The notes below the pieces were generated by a model that saw nothing but the letters and a program-made list of their open reading frames with translations, made no database searches and was not told where the DNA came from. From Alphaproteobacteria bacterium (GTDB lineage Bacteria > Pseudomonadota > Alphaproteobacteria > Bin95): a DNA stretch of 64,000 nucleotides. The stretch is from the NCBI GenBank assembly GCA_965205265.1, contig CBDBGH010000003.1:4800001-4864000 (forward strand), in the 5' to 3' direction. Shown here in pieces: positions 8,673-19,250 of the stretch. The translations under genes were made by a program, and so were the position numbers. Every line of letters begins with the position of its first letter. Position 1 is the stretch's first letter.

Positions 8673-11433
8673 ATGTCTGTCGATGAAGAGGCGCCGGTAA
8701 CGGCCTTCATGCTGGAGCCAGGGGATGCGATCTTCATCGAGGGCGAAGAGGCCGACTACCGGGTGGAGGTCGATTTCGACCCGGAGGTTGCCCCGCCATG
8801 GGAAGGGGTCAGTGACTTTGTGCCGGTTCTGCTCTTCGAGGGGACCCGGGATGTCAGCGTGCGGCAGGTCGGCAGCGATGAGGCAGGGAACCTGAAGGCG
8901 GGCGGCCTGGACATGGTTCCCGTCGAAACCGTCCTGGAGCACCGTGAGGCTTTGCTGGAGTGGGCCGGCGCCAGCCGGAAGGAGGCCCGGGAGTGCGCCA
9001 GGCTAACTGGTGCCAGTGTAGCCGGTGAAAGTCCGGCAGGAAGGAGAAGGTGAGCCACCACTTCCACCCCGAGTCATGGGCCGTCGCTCGCGAGGGCGGG
9101 GGTCAAGCGTTGACAGGGGCGCGTGCGGACAGGGCTATCGAGCACCGAAAGATCCTTAGTCCGGGATGCCGAGACCTTTTCCTCGGTCGAAGGCAGCATC
9201 CGACCCACCGTTATGGCGAGGGGGGTCGGAGTCCCGCGGTGTCCAAGAACCCATGCACGTACGTAAGCACTGCACCGGGACCTGGGAGGTCTCCATGCCA
9301 TCCCGCTGTCGTGGCAGGATCGCAAAGGAAAGGAGTAGTCCGTAACCGATGATGAACGGCATGGAGAAGTCAGACTCGGCCATAGTAGCCGTGAAGCCGG
9401 CGAACAAAGGGGCGTCAGCCTCGGCGGAGCCGGTGGAGCCAAGGGCCGAGCCCAAGGGGAATCCGGAAGGCCAAAGCACGCGCCGGACGCAGAACCGGGA
9501 AAGCGTGTCACAGGCGGCCGACCGGATACGGCAGTTTGTACAAAGGGAACGCAAGGTGCGTCTCACGACGCTCCTTCACCATGTCACGGTCGATGCGCTT
9601 CGCTGGGCGTTCTTCGAGCTAAAGAAGAACGCGGCGGCGGGCGCGGATGGCATGACGTGGCGGATGTACGGGAAGGAACTGGAAGGCCGCTTGGCCGACC
9701 TGCACGACCGCGTGCATTCGGGAGCGTACCGGGCGACGCCATCGCGACGGGTGAACATCCCGAAGCCGGATGGCGGTACACGACCGCTCGGCGTCGCGGC
9801 CATCGAGGACAAGATCGTCCAGAAGGTCGTGGCGGAGATAATCCTGACGCCGATCTACGAGGCGGAGTTCCTGGGGTTCAGCTACGGGTTCCGGCCCGGT
9901 CGTGGGGCGCACAATGCGCTCGATGCGATCGCGGTCGGCATCGACAAGTTCAAGATCAACTGGGTGGTCGATTGCGACATCCGCAAATTCTTCGACACGG
10001 TGTCGAGGGACTGGCTGGTCCGGTTCCTTGAACACCGCATCGCGGACAAGCGGGTCATCAGGCTGATCATCAAGTGGCTGAACGCCGGCGTCATGGAAGA
10101 TGGAGAGAGGCGGGACGACCTGCGGGGGACCCCGCAGGGATCGGTGATTTCGCCGATCCTGGCGAACGTCTACCTGCATTACGTCCTCGATCTCTGGTTC
10201 CATAAGAAGTGGCGCAGCCACGAGGTCTACGGCGACGCGATCATCGTGCGGTACGCCGACGACTTCGTGGTTGGTTTCCAGCACAAGCAGGACGCGGAGC
10301 GATTTCTGGATGCCCTGAAGGAGCGGTTCGGAAGCTTCGAACTGGAACTGCATCCCGACAAGACCCGGCTCATCGAGTTCGGGCGATTTGCCCCTAGAAA
10401 CCGTCGGCGACGAGGGCAGGGCAAACCGGAGACTTTCGACTTTCTGGGCTTCACGCACTACTGCACGGAGACCAGAGGCGGGCGTTTCCAGTTGGGGCGC
10501 AAGCCGGTTGCGGAGCGGATGGCCCGCACACTGAAGCGGATAAAGGAAGCGCTATGCAGCCGAATGCATGACAACGCCGAAGAAACGGCGAGGTGGCTGG
10601 GCAAGGTGCTTGACGGATGGCTGAACTACTTTGCCGTCCCGATGAGCCACCGATACCTGAGCCGCTTCGCCTCGCGCCTGAAGCGGATGTGGATCGCGAT
10701 CACGCGCCGCAGATCGCAACGGGACCGCTTCGGCTGGGCACAGGTCGACAAGTTGACGACCAAGTACTGGCCCAAGGTGGAAATCCGGCACCCGTGGCCG
10801 AACCGACGACTTGCCGTCAGCGTGTATGGGAACAGCGCAACCCGAGGGAGGAGCCGGATGCCTTAGCGGGCACGTCCGGATCTGTGCGGGGGGCGCCGGG
10901 CAACCGGCGTCCCTACCGCGATGGCGGTTCCCGACGGCGACGGTGAAGCGCTGCGGGATTTCCTAGCAGGCAAGATCGATGAAAAGCGGATGCGGATGCT
11001 GAAGGAGGTTGTCAAGCAACCATATGGGGAGATCGATGACTATTTCCTCCTTCTGGAGCGCATGTTTCGGACGGTGGGGATCCCGGCCAGACGGTTTCAG
11101 GTCTCTTCGGAAGGGTATCTCATTGCGTCCTGTCTGATGGCGCTGACGCCGGGATGGCAGGAGTCGGCTCTAGGTGAGTACAGGCCGTGGAACGCCGTCT
11201 CGAGCCCGGACAGGGTTCTGACGGAGAAGTTCGAGACATTCCGCGAGCAGTATCTCGAGTACCGCCAGCGCGGCATCTACATGGTCGAGATCTCGGACGC
11301 CGACACGGAGGAGATCATCGAGGCCGGCGGGAATTTCCGCGATATGGAGGAAGCCGCCGCGTATGCGTCGCGGTTGATTCGGGACTGTGAAGCGCGCGAC
11401 GCGAAGGAGAGGGAGGCGGGCCCGGAGCCCTGA
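8673..11433 (+). CDS. Hypothetical family-A protein split by a group II intron (exons 8673-8992 and 10923-11433, ~276 aa)
   Basis: Removing the intron gives in-frame ..ARE|AVPDGD..; aligns with 11518-12357 (PVTA.MLEPG, PWE..SDF.PVLLFE, GGLDMVP, GG.F.D.EEAAA). Confidence 0.8.
8993..10922 (+). mobile_element. Group II intron, copy 1
   Basis: 5' GTGCG, domain V GAGCCGGATGCC..GCACGTCCGGATC, domain VI, 3' AT; boundaries set by the matching copy at +31905. Confidence 0.95.
9349..10866 (+). CDS. ltrA: Group II intron RT/maturase, no endonuclease domain visible
   Basis: IPKPDGGTRPLG, SYGFRPGRGAH, GTPQGSVISP, RYADD, FDFLGF. Confidence 0.96.
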   Translation: MMNGMEKSDSAIVAVKPANKGASASAEPVEPRAEPKGNPEGQSTRRTQNRESVSQAADRIRQFVQRERKVRLTTLLHHVTVDALRWAFFELKKNAAAGADGMTWRMYGKELEGRLADLHDRVHSGAYRATPSRRVNIPKPDGGTRPLGVAAIEDKIVQKVVAEIILTPIYEAEFLGFSYGFRPGRGAHNALDAIAVGIDKFKINWVVDCDIRKFFDTVSRDWLVRFLEHRIADKRVIRLIIKWLNAGVMEDGERRDDLRGTPQGSVISPILANVYLHYVLDLWFHKKWRSHEVYGDAIIVRYADDFVVGFQHKQDAERFLDALKERFGSFELELHPDKTRLIEFGRFAPRNRRRRGQGKPETFDFLGFTHYCTETRGGRFQLGRKPVAERMARTLKRIKEALCSRMHDNAEETARWLGKVLDGWLNYFAVPMSHRYLSRFASRLKRMWIAITRRRSQRDRFGWAQVDKLTTKYWPKVEIRHPWPNRRLAVSVYGNSATRGRSRMP

Positions 11434-11517
11434 CGGGCAGCCCCCGAGGCCGGGGCTGAATGCGCGAATGTTGGTGGATAGCTCGCTGGAGGCAGCGGGC
11501 GGATCGAGGAGGCCGAT

Positions 11518-12357
11518 ATGGCTGACGAGACGGTGAAAGGCCCGGTGACGGCGGACATGCTGGAGCCTGGGAAGGAAATCCAGGTCGGCGATTGCCGGGT
11601 GCGGTTCGACTACGATATGGACATCGAGGCGCCCTGGGAGGAAACGCCCTCCGACTTCCTTCCGGTACTGCTGTTCGAGACCAACCGGAGGATGGAATGC
11701 TTCCAGATCGGTGCCGGGCGCCACGAAGACTGGCTCGCCGGCGGTGGCCTCGACATGGTTCCCCTGGACGTCATCGCGTCGCATCGCGAAAGCTTGCTGG
11801 GTCTGGTCTGCGACAACCGGGAGGAGCTGGAGGAACTGCAGGAATACGATTCCGAGTACAGGCAGGTGTACCGGGGCGGCGACTACGACGAAAGGGAGAT
11901 GCTTCGGGAGTTCCTCTGGAAGAAGCTCGAGGAAAAGCGCCCGGACCCGAAATACGGGGAGTATGAGCGGCCGCATGAGGCGATGCGGGACTGGTTCGGG
12001 CGTCTTGAGGGACTGTTCTGCGAGGTCGGGATCCCGGCGGAGGAATTCCGGGTGACGACGGCCCGGGAGGTGACGTCCTGCCTGGCGGTGCTTACGCCGA
12101 AGTGGCATGCGGAGGCACCCGGCGCCGCCGAACGTCCGTCTCCGGACGGTCTGCTGCACAAGAAGGTGGCTGAGTTTTCCGAGGTGTACAGGAAATATCG
12201 CAACGGCGAGGTTTATCTGGTGGATGTGTTTTCCGAGGCTGGCGACATCCCGGTCGACGCCTGCGGCGGTTTCTATGATCGTGAGGAGGCCGCGGCTTTC
12301 GCCTCCGAGACGGTCCAGGGTTTCGAGGCCGACGCGGAGGCCGATCCCGAGCCGTGA
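11518..12357 (+). CDS. Acidic hypothetical family-A protein
   Basis: GAGGAGG RBS; paralogous to the 8673 spliced gene and 18248-19174. Confidence 0.75.
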   Translation: MADETVKGPVTADMLEPGKEIQVGDCRVRFDYDMDIEAPWEETPSDFLPVLLFETNRRMECFQIGAGRHEDWLAGGGLDMVPLDVIASHRESLLGLVCDNREELEELQEYDSEYRQVYRGGDYDEREMLREFLWKKLEEKRPDPKYGEYERPHEAMRDWFGRLEGLFCEVGIPAEEFRVTTAREVTSCLAVLTPKWHAEAPGAAERPSPDGLLHKKVAEFSEVYRKYRNGEVYLVDVFSEAGDIPVDACGGFYDREEAAAFASETVQGFEADAEADPEP

Positions 12358-12543
12358 TCCGGCCCGGCTGCGGCACCTCCCGATCTCATCGTCCAGGCCG
12401 GGACTGCGGCCGCGCTGACGAGCAGGGGTTTCTCGCGGCGGTGCCCTCCACCCTGAAGGACGCGGCCTCTCCAGCCCGGTCCTTCCCTCCGTTCGTCAGC
12501 GTCTCCCGGTGTTTCCGGGCCTTCACGAATGGCGTATAGAATT

Positions 12544-13870
12544 CCTGACTTCGACGGTTGGGCTGACTTCTGACCGATCTCGCGTCTGGAGTTTTCAGTA
12601 AAGCCAATGAGTTGGCAGTTGCGGTGCGGTCAAGCTGCGTTGTAGTGCCTAGTAAATCTTTGAGACTGTCAATGCCTCCGCCACGCGCTACACTCCCCCC
12701 ATGTTCGTGCGCATCAAGACCTCCCCCAACAGCCCGCGACGCTCGGTCCAGATCGTCGAGGCCGTGCGCGACGGCGGCAAGGTCCGACAGCGCATCGTCC
12801 GCCATGTCGGCGTGGCCATGGACGAGGACGAGCTCGAGCGCCTGAGGCAGCTCGGCGAGTACGTCAAGGCGAAGCTGGAGGACGAGCGTCAGCCGGCATT
12901 GTTTGCGCCCGAGAAGATCGCTGAGCAGGCGATCCGTGTCGGCCGCCGGGGGGACGGCAAGGAGGAACTCCCGGTCGACCTCAAGCAGCTTGAAGAGGAG
13001 CAGCGCCTGATCACAGGCATCCACGAGGTCTATGGCGAGATCTCCTGCTGGGCCTCGACGCGCTGCTGCCGCGCTCGCGCTACCGGGCCTCCCATGACGC
13101 GCTGTTCCATGTGGTGATGGCGCGGGTAGCCAACCCCGACAGCAAGCGGGGCAGCGTGCGCCGGCTAGGAGGACTTCGGCGTGAGTCTTCCGCTCGAGAA
13201 GGTCTACCGGATGATGGATCAGCTCGACGCGACCCGAAATACGGGGAGTATGAGCGGCCGCATGAGGCGATGCGGGACTGGTTCGGGCGTCTTGAGGGAC
13301 TGTTCTGCGAGGTCGGGATCCCGGCGGAGGAATTCCGGGTGACGACGGCCCGGGAGGTGCTGGGGCAGGTTCTCGCTCGTCCTGCCTGGCGGTGCTTACG
13401 CCGAAGTGGCATGCGGAGGCACCCGGCGCCGCCGAACGTCCGTCTCCGGACGGTCTGCTGCACAAGAAGGTGGCTGAGTTTTCCGAGGTGTACATCGCCT
13501 TCCTGGCCTTCGCCTGCGGAAATATCGCAACGGCGAGGTTTATCTGGTGGATGTGTTTTCCGAGGCTGGCGACATCCCGGTCGACGCCTGCGGCGGTTTC
13601 TATGATCGTGAGGAGGCCGCGGCTTTCGCCTCCGAGACGGTCCAGGGTTTCGAGGCCGACGCGGAGGCCGATCCCGAGCCGTGATCCGGCCCGGCTGCGG
13701 CACCTCCCGATCTCATCGTCCAGGCCGGGACTGCGGCCGCGCTGACGAGCAGGGGTTTCTCGCGGCGGTGCCCTCCACCCTGAAGGACGCGGCCTCTCCA
13801 GCCCGGTCCTTCCCTCCGTTCGTCAGCGTCTCCCGGTGTTTCCGGGCCTTCACGAATGGCGTATAGAATT
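12544..13870 (+). other. Mosaic of partial IS1634 and a second copy of the 11944-12543 region; probable assembly artefact
   Basis: IS 5' part with small deletions switches at GAC into the family-A gene copy, which carries short inserts from the IS interior (GCTGGGGCAGGTTCTCG; CATCGCCTTCCTGGCCTTCGCCTGCG). Confidence 0.7.
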
Positions 13871-15786
13871 CCTGACTTCGACGGTTGGGCTGACTTCTGA
13901 CCGATCTCGCGTCTGGAGTTTTCAGTAAAGCCAATGAGTTGGCAGTTGCGGTGCGGTCAAGCTGCGTTGTAGTGCCTAGTAAATCTTTGAGACTGTCAAT
14001 GCCTCCGCCACGCGCTACACTCCCCCCATGTTCGTGCGCATCAAGACCTCCCCCAACAGCCCGCGACGCTCGGTCCAGATCGTCGAGGCCGTGCGCGACG
14101 GCGGCAAGGTCCGACAGCGCATCGTCCGCCATGTCGGCGTGGCCATGGACGAGGACGAGCTCGAGCGCCTGAGGCAGCTCGGCGAGTACGTCAAGGCGAA
14201 GCTGGAGGACGAGCGTCAGCCGGCATTGTTTGCGCCCGAGAAGATCGCTGAGCAGGCGATCCGTGTCGGCCGCCGGGGGGACGGCAAGGAGGAACTCCCG
14301 GTCGACCTCAAGCAGCTTGAAGAGGAGCAGCGCCTGATCACAGGCATCCACGAGGTCTATGGCGAGATCTACCGGCTGCTGGGCCTCGACGCGCTGCTGC
14401 CGCGCTCGCGCTACCGGGCCTCCCATGACGCGCTGTTCCATGTGGTGATGGCGCGGGTAGCCAACCCCGACAGCAAGCGGGGCAGCGTGCGCCGGCTCGA
14501 GGAGGACTTCGGCGTGAGTCTTCCGCTCGAGAAGGTCTACCGGATGATGGATCAGCTCGACGCGACGGTGATCGAGCGACTGCGCACGCGCGTCGGCGAG
14601 GCGAGCCGGTCGCTGCTGCCGGAGCCGGTCGCGATCCTCTTCTTCGATTGCACCACGCTCTACTTCGAGACGGCCGCCGAGGACGAGCTTCGCCAGCACG
14701 GCTTCAGCAAGGACGGCAAACACAAGGACTCGCAGGTTCTGCTGGCGCTGATGGTGACGCGCGAAGGGCTGCCGATCAGCTACGAGGTCTTCCCCGGCGC
14801 CACCTACGAGGGACACAGCATGGTCCCGGTCCTGCAGGACATGCAGCGCCGCCACCAGGTGGAGCGCACGGTATGCGTGGCCGACCGGGGCATGCTGAGC
14901 GCCGACAACCTCGACGCCATGGACGCCATCGGCGGCGAGTATGTCGTCGGCGCGCGGCTGCGCAAGCTGCCGCTCGCGCTGCTGGGGCAGGTTCTCGACC
15001 CCGGGACCTATGCCCCGCTGGAGGGCTCACAGGACCGCCGGGTCGGCGAGTGGGAGTACAAGGGCCGTCGCCTGATCGTCGTCTTCTGCCCCCAGCGCGC
15101 ACGCAAGGACGCGCACGAGCGCCGCCATCAGGTGGAACGCCTGCTCGACAGGCTGGCCCGCAGCGACAATCCCAGGGAACTGCTCTCCAATCACGGGGCG
15201 AAGCGCTTCATCGCCGTCGAGGGCGACGCACGGCTCACGGTGAACCCGGAGAAGATCGCCGAGGCCGCACGATGGGACGGGCTCACCGGCGTCATCACCA
15301 ATCTGCGCGACGCGCGCGTCACCGAAGTGATGGCTCACTACCAGGGGCTCTGGCAGGTCGAGGAGAGCTTCCGGATCACCAAACACGACCTGAAGATACG
15401 TCCCATCTGGCACTGGAACCCGGACCGGATCCGCGCTCACATCGCCATCGCCTTCCTGGCCTTCGCCTGCGTTCGACACCTTGCGTACCGCGTCGCCATC
15501 CAGAAGCGGCGGATGTCCCCGGAGGTCATCCGCTCCGCCCTCGTCCACCGCCAGTGCTCCCTGCTGCGCTGTCGGCAATCGGGCAACCGCTACGTCATCC
15601 CCTCGAAGCCGACACCGGCGGCGGAGCAGATTTACGCAACCATGGGGCTGCCCCTGACGATCACCCCGTATCAACTCGCCTGACCGTCGACGAAGCACGG
15701 CTCGAAGAAATGCCGGATGTAGTGCCTAGCCGAAATGAGAACCAGGCAATATCAACTACTTATGCGAATCAACCGTCGAAGTCAGG
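13871..15786 (+). mobile_element. IS1634-family insertion sequence
   Basis: 17-bp IR CCTGACTTCGACGGTTG / CAACCGTCGAAGTCAGG; ~287-bp direct repeat on both sides. Confidence 0.92.
14028..15683 (+). CDS. IS1634-family DDE transposase
   Basis: MFVRIK..VQIVEAVRDGGKVRQR, FFDCTTLYFE, GFSKDGK, VADRGM, LWQVEESFRITK..L.IRPIWHW. Confidence 0.93.
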   Translation: MFVRIKTSPNSPRRSVQIVEAVRDGGKVRQRIVRHVGVAMDEDELERLRQLGEYVKAKLEDERQPALFAPEKIAEQAIRVGRRGDGKEELPVDLKQLEEEQRLITGIHEVYGEIYRLLGLDALLPRSRYRASHDALFHVVMARVANPDSKRGSVRRLEEDFGVSLPLEKVYRMMDQLDATVIERLRTRVGEASRSLLPEPVAILFFDCTTLYFETAAEDELRQHGFSKDGKHKDSQVLLALMVTREGLPISYEVFPGATYEGHSMVPVLQDMQRRHQVERTVCVADRGMLSADNLDAMDAIGGEYVVGARLRKLPLALLGQVLDPGTYAPLEGSQDRRVGEWEYKGRRLIVVFCPQRARKDAHERRHQVERLLDRLARSDNPRELLSNHGAKRFIAVEGDARLTVNPEKIAEAARWDGLTGVITNLRDARVTEVMAHYQGLWQVEESFRITKHDLKIRPIWHWNPDRIRAHIAIAFLAFACVRHLAYRVAIQKRRMSPEVIRSALVHRQCSLLRCRQSGNRYVIPSKPTPAAEQIYATMGLPLTITPYQLA

Positions 15787-16073
15787 ACGCCTGCGGCGGT
15801 TTCTATGATCGTGAGGAGGCCGCGGCTTTCGCCTCCGAGACGGTCCAGGGTTTCGAGGCCGACGCGGAGGCCGATCCCGAGCCGTGATCCGGCCCGGCTG
15901 CGGCACCTCCCGATCTCATCGTCCAGGCCGGGACTGCGGCCGCGCTGACGAGCAGGGGTTTCTCGCGGCGGTGCCCTCCACCCTGAAGGACGCGGCCTCT
16001 CCAGCCCGGTCCTTCCCTCCGTTCGTCAGCGTCTCCCGGTGTTTCCGGGCCTTCACGAATGGCGTATAGAATT
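15787..16073 (+). repeat. Long target-site duplication (matches 13584-13870 and 12257-12543)
   Basis: ACGCCTGCGG...GTATAGAATT present three times. Confidence 0.9.
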
Positions 16074-16150
16074 CTGCCGGACGGAATGCCCCGGGGTGTC
16101 GGGCGGTGGGCGGTGCACAGCCGAAGCGGGCAGAAATTATGCCGTCTTGA

Positions 16151-16179
16151 TTGACATAACAATCGGATTATGCTAATAA
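16151..16179 (+). promoter_or_regulatory. Sigma70-like promoter with AATCGGATT in the spacer
   Basis: TTGACA-TAACAATCGGATTATGC(17)-TAATAA. Confidence 0.75.
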
Positions 16180-16214
16180 TAGGGACCTGCTCCTGCATGC
16201 CGGAAGTTCCTGTC

Positions 16215-17256
16215 ATGACCTCCTCGACGATGTTCCTGGAAAGAACGGGTGACGATGTATTCGTGGTGCATGGCGGCATCTGCGACGGCGCGCGGATCCG
16301 CGTCGAGCGCCGGCCGGTCGCGGAGGAAGACAGCCGCTCGTCCTATAGGGGCAATGGCCGCCCAAGCAAGGATGGCTGGCGTGTGGTCGGTGGAGGAAAG
16401 GCGAGCATCCAGGATATCGAGGCGGGCGTGGATCTGTGCCCGGTAATCGACACGCCCGAGCCGCAGAATCATCATTCGGCCAACGATGCGCGCGGCGCGC
16501 TCGAGCAGTATTTCGGGCTCGAGGCGGTCGTGCAGACGATCGAGCGGTCGAACTATCCGCCCCTGCTCTCGCGCTTCTGCCTGGAATCGGTCCGGACGGT
16601 GCGGCCGGACTATCCGGACCCGCCTGCGCGGGTCCAGAGATGGCCGTCGGGAGAGTGGACGGACGAGTTTGACGGCGTCTGGCGGATCTGGGCCGGGGGG
16701 GCTGAAGCACCTTCGGGCCGCACCGAACGCGACGGCGCGCATCGCGGCCCTGGAGTTCGCCGTGAAGCGGGCCGCCGGCGACGCCGAGTGCCATGGCTGG
16801 TTCGCCGAGCACTGGCAGGCTTTCGAGCGGTTCCCCTGGTATGAGGAGCTGCCCGAGGTCAGCGGTGTGCAGATTGTCGGCAATGCCCGCAAGCGGGCCG
16901 AGGAGCCGGGCGTGCATGTGCTCCGGCGCCTGACGGTGGAGATCACGGCGAAAGGGCTTCAGGAACGCCGGCGGATGCGTGTTCCGATGTGGCTCGTTAA
17001 CCACAGGACCCTTCTGGTGGAGAGCGGCTTCGATCCGGCGGTCGAGGATGTGGCCGGGCTCATCCGGGCCTGGTCTTCGGATGGCGGCTACGGGCGTGAC
17101 TACGAGGCGGAGGCGGTCAAGCTTCTGGGGCAGGCCGGCGAGCGTGCCATCCACGCGGAGATGGAGCGCAAGTTCACCGAGGAACTGTCCCGTCGGGTCG
17201 GACCGGACCTCGAGGTGACGGTCTCCATCAGGCCGAAAGAGACAGGGGATGGGTGA
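16215..17256 (+). pseudogene. Hypothetical gene frameshifted at a G run near 16695-16701 (possibly a sequence error)
   Basis: Protein-like frame switches from ..VWRIWAG to LKHLRAAPNA.. at GGGGGGG. Confidence 0.55.
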
Positions 17257-18213
17257 GGCTCCGGAAAGCCATATCCCGCCCGTGATCGGGATCGGCGGGC
17301 ATTACTGGCATGCGCCGCCGGAGCCCGGGGACCGTGTCTTCCGCCGGACGACGCGCGGCTTCCTGGAGCGGCATCCCGAAGTGGTCCCGGTCTGGCTGGA
17401 AGCCCGATGCGATGCCTGTGGCTATGCCGAGCGCCTGTATTGCGACGACGAGGTCTGGGACGGGTGCGAAGGCTCGCTGGGCCATTCGCCATGCGGACGG
17501 CGCCCGGTCCCCTACAGGCCGGTCGGGGAAGGCCGGTCAGGGCAGGAGGCACGATGAGGCGGTTTCTGCATGAAGTCACGTCGCCCTACCAGCTCATGAG
17601 TCCGTCCGGGTGGTTCCTGGTCTTCATGACGGCGTCCTTTGACGCCCAGTGGCCGATAACCAGGTGGCTGTTCCTGGCCGTCACGGTCCTGTTGGCGGTG
17701 GACCGGCTGCTGGGGGTCCATGAGGAGCGGGACTGATGCCGGAATATGCAAGGGACAGCGCTGGCAGGGCGCATGTGCTGCGCCCGCCCCAGCCATGGAT
17801 CGGCCTGCCTCTGCAGCAGCGGTTCCGGTTCTGCGACCGGGATGGAGCCGGTGGAAAGGATGTCGGAGATTTCACGCTTCGCGGGAATAATGACGAGCCC
17901 TGTTCCGGGCCGGCGACCTGCCTCGAATGCAGGATGGCCGTCCAGGGGATATCAGGGATGCGATCAAGGGCGTGCGCTGGGCGCGCAGTGTAGCGGGGTT
18001 CGGACTATGAGCGGACGGATGGTGCATTTCCGGAGCCCGGAGAGCAGCCGCACGGCCTGCGGTGTCCGGGTCGCGATCGGCGAGGGCGACAGCGCAGTGG
18101 TCGTGCGCGCCCGCGGGCGCATCCGCTGCACGGACAACCGCGAGGACGTGACATGCCGGCGCTGCCTGTCCAGTCGGCCCGACGGGTGGACCCGGTGGAA
18201 GGAGGGCGACTGA
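17249..18213 (+). CDS. Four small, closely spaced hypothetical ORFs (17249-17557, 17554-17736, 17736-17993, 18007-18213), several Cys-rich
   Basis: First three overlap start/stop; CxxC motifs; one hydrophobic. Confidence 0.5.
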
Positions 18214-18247
18214 TCGGCAGTGCCCGGAGAGGCGAGGAAGTCTTGCG

Positions 18248-19174
18248 ATGAAGACGAGGACGAGAGAGAAAGCCCCGCCAGCGGTAACGGCGGACATGCT
18301 GGTTCTCGATGAGGAGATCGATGTCGGGGAGTATGGCGTTCGCTTGTGCAGGCCGCCGGAGGAACCGCCTCCCTGGGAAGTCGATCCGACCTGGCCGCCT
18401 GCGGTGATAATCGACAGGAATTTAAGACTGGTGCAGATCGGAGAAGATCCCGTTGACTGGAGAACGGGGGGGCTGGAGGCGGTGCCGCCCTCGCGCTTCG
18501 GGAGGGTTCGCTATTGGATTGCCGATGCGCTCAATTGCCCTTTCGAGGGGTTCGGGGATGATATCGACGAGATGTTGCGAATGGAGATTGAGGATGCCTA
18601 TCGGAAAAGGCATCCTGATCTTCCTGCCGGCGCCTTCGTGGATGATGATGAGGTTTTGCGGGAGCATTTTGTGATCCATATGAAGGGTTTTTTTCCGGAT
18701 TACGGAGAAGGAACGAAGAAATGGAAACAATCTGATCGTGTTCGCGCGGCAGAAGACTATATCGAAATTCTTGAGGATGTTTTGAAAGCCCAGAATGAAG
18801 AGGCCTGCTACTTCAGGGTGCAGGAGGGAAACGGCTCTGTGACGCTGGGCATGTTCGTGTTGTCGGATTCCTGGCAGGCCAAGGTCTTCGGGCCGGATGG
18901 TGAAGACAGGCGGAAAGATTGGGCTTTTGTCAGGCCTATCCGGGACAGATTCGAAGACGGTGAGTTCGCCAGGTTCCTGAACAAGGGCCAGTTCAGCATT
19001 ACCGTGACGGATAAGGTCTATGGTGGGGTCGCCACCTCGTGCTGGAATTGCGCCAGTCCTGAAGAAGCGGCGGCGTTTGTGTCCGACTGGATGGAAATGG
19101 CCTCTGGAGGGCCGAGCGGCACGGCCGCCAGCCCAAATCCTGACGCCGACCATCAGGAGATGACATTGTCGTAA
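18248..19174 (+). CDS. Family-A hypothetical protein, divergent and lower GC
   Basis: PAVTADML, PPPWE, W.TGGLE.VP, EEAAAFVS shared with the other two copies. Confidence 0.7.
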   Translation: MKTRTREKAPPAVTADMLVLDEEIDVGEYGVRLCRPPEEPPPWEVDPTWPPAVIIDRNLRLVQIGEDPVDWRTGGLEAVPPSRFGRVRYWIADALNCPFEGFGDDIDEMLRMEIEDAYRKRHPDLPAGAFVDDDEVLREHFVIHMKGFFPDYGEGTKKWKQSDRVRAAEDYIEILEDVLKAQNEEACYFRVQEGNGSVTLGMFVLSDSWQAKVFGPDGEDRRKDWAFVRPIRDRFEDGEFARFLNKGQFSITVTDKVYGGVATSCWNCASPEEAAAFVSDWMEMASGGPSGTAASPNPDADHQEMTLS

Positions 19175-19250
19175 CCGTCGATCCGGTTTTTGCTCTTTCA
19201 CGCAGAGCCTGGATATTTTGCGAAAAGGAGAATGAGGTGGATCGGAAGAA

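Noticed and set aside
12544-13870. Apparent second IS1634 copy and a novel IS/host-gene chimera
   Set aside because: Short IS-interior fragments are spliced colinearly into a duplicate of the neighbouring gene, with scattered indels. This pattern fits consensus mixing of repeat-spanning reads better than biology; raw reads are needed to settle it.
12257-16073. Three ~290-bp repeats as a CRISPR array or iterons
   Set aside because: They are explained by the IS1634 target duplication plus the mosaic segment; there is no repeat-spacer periodicity and no cas gene.
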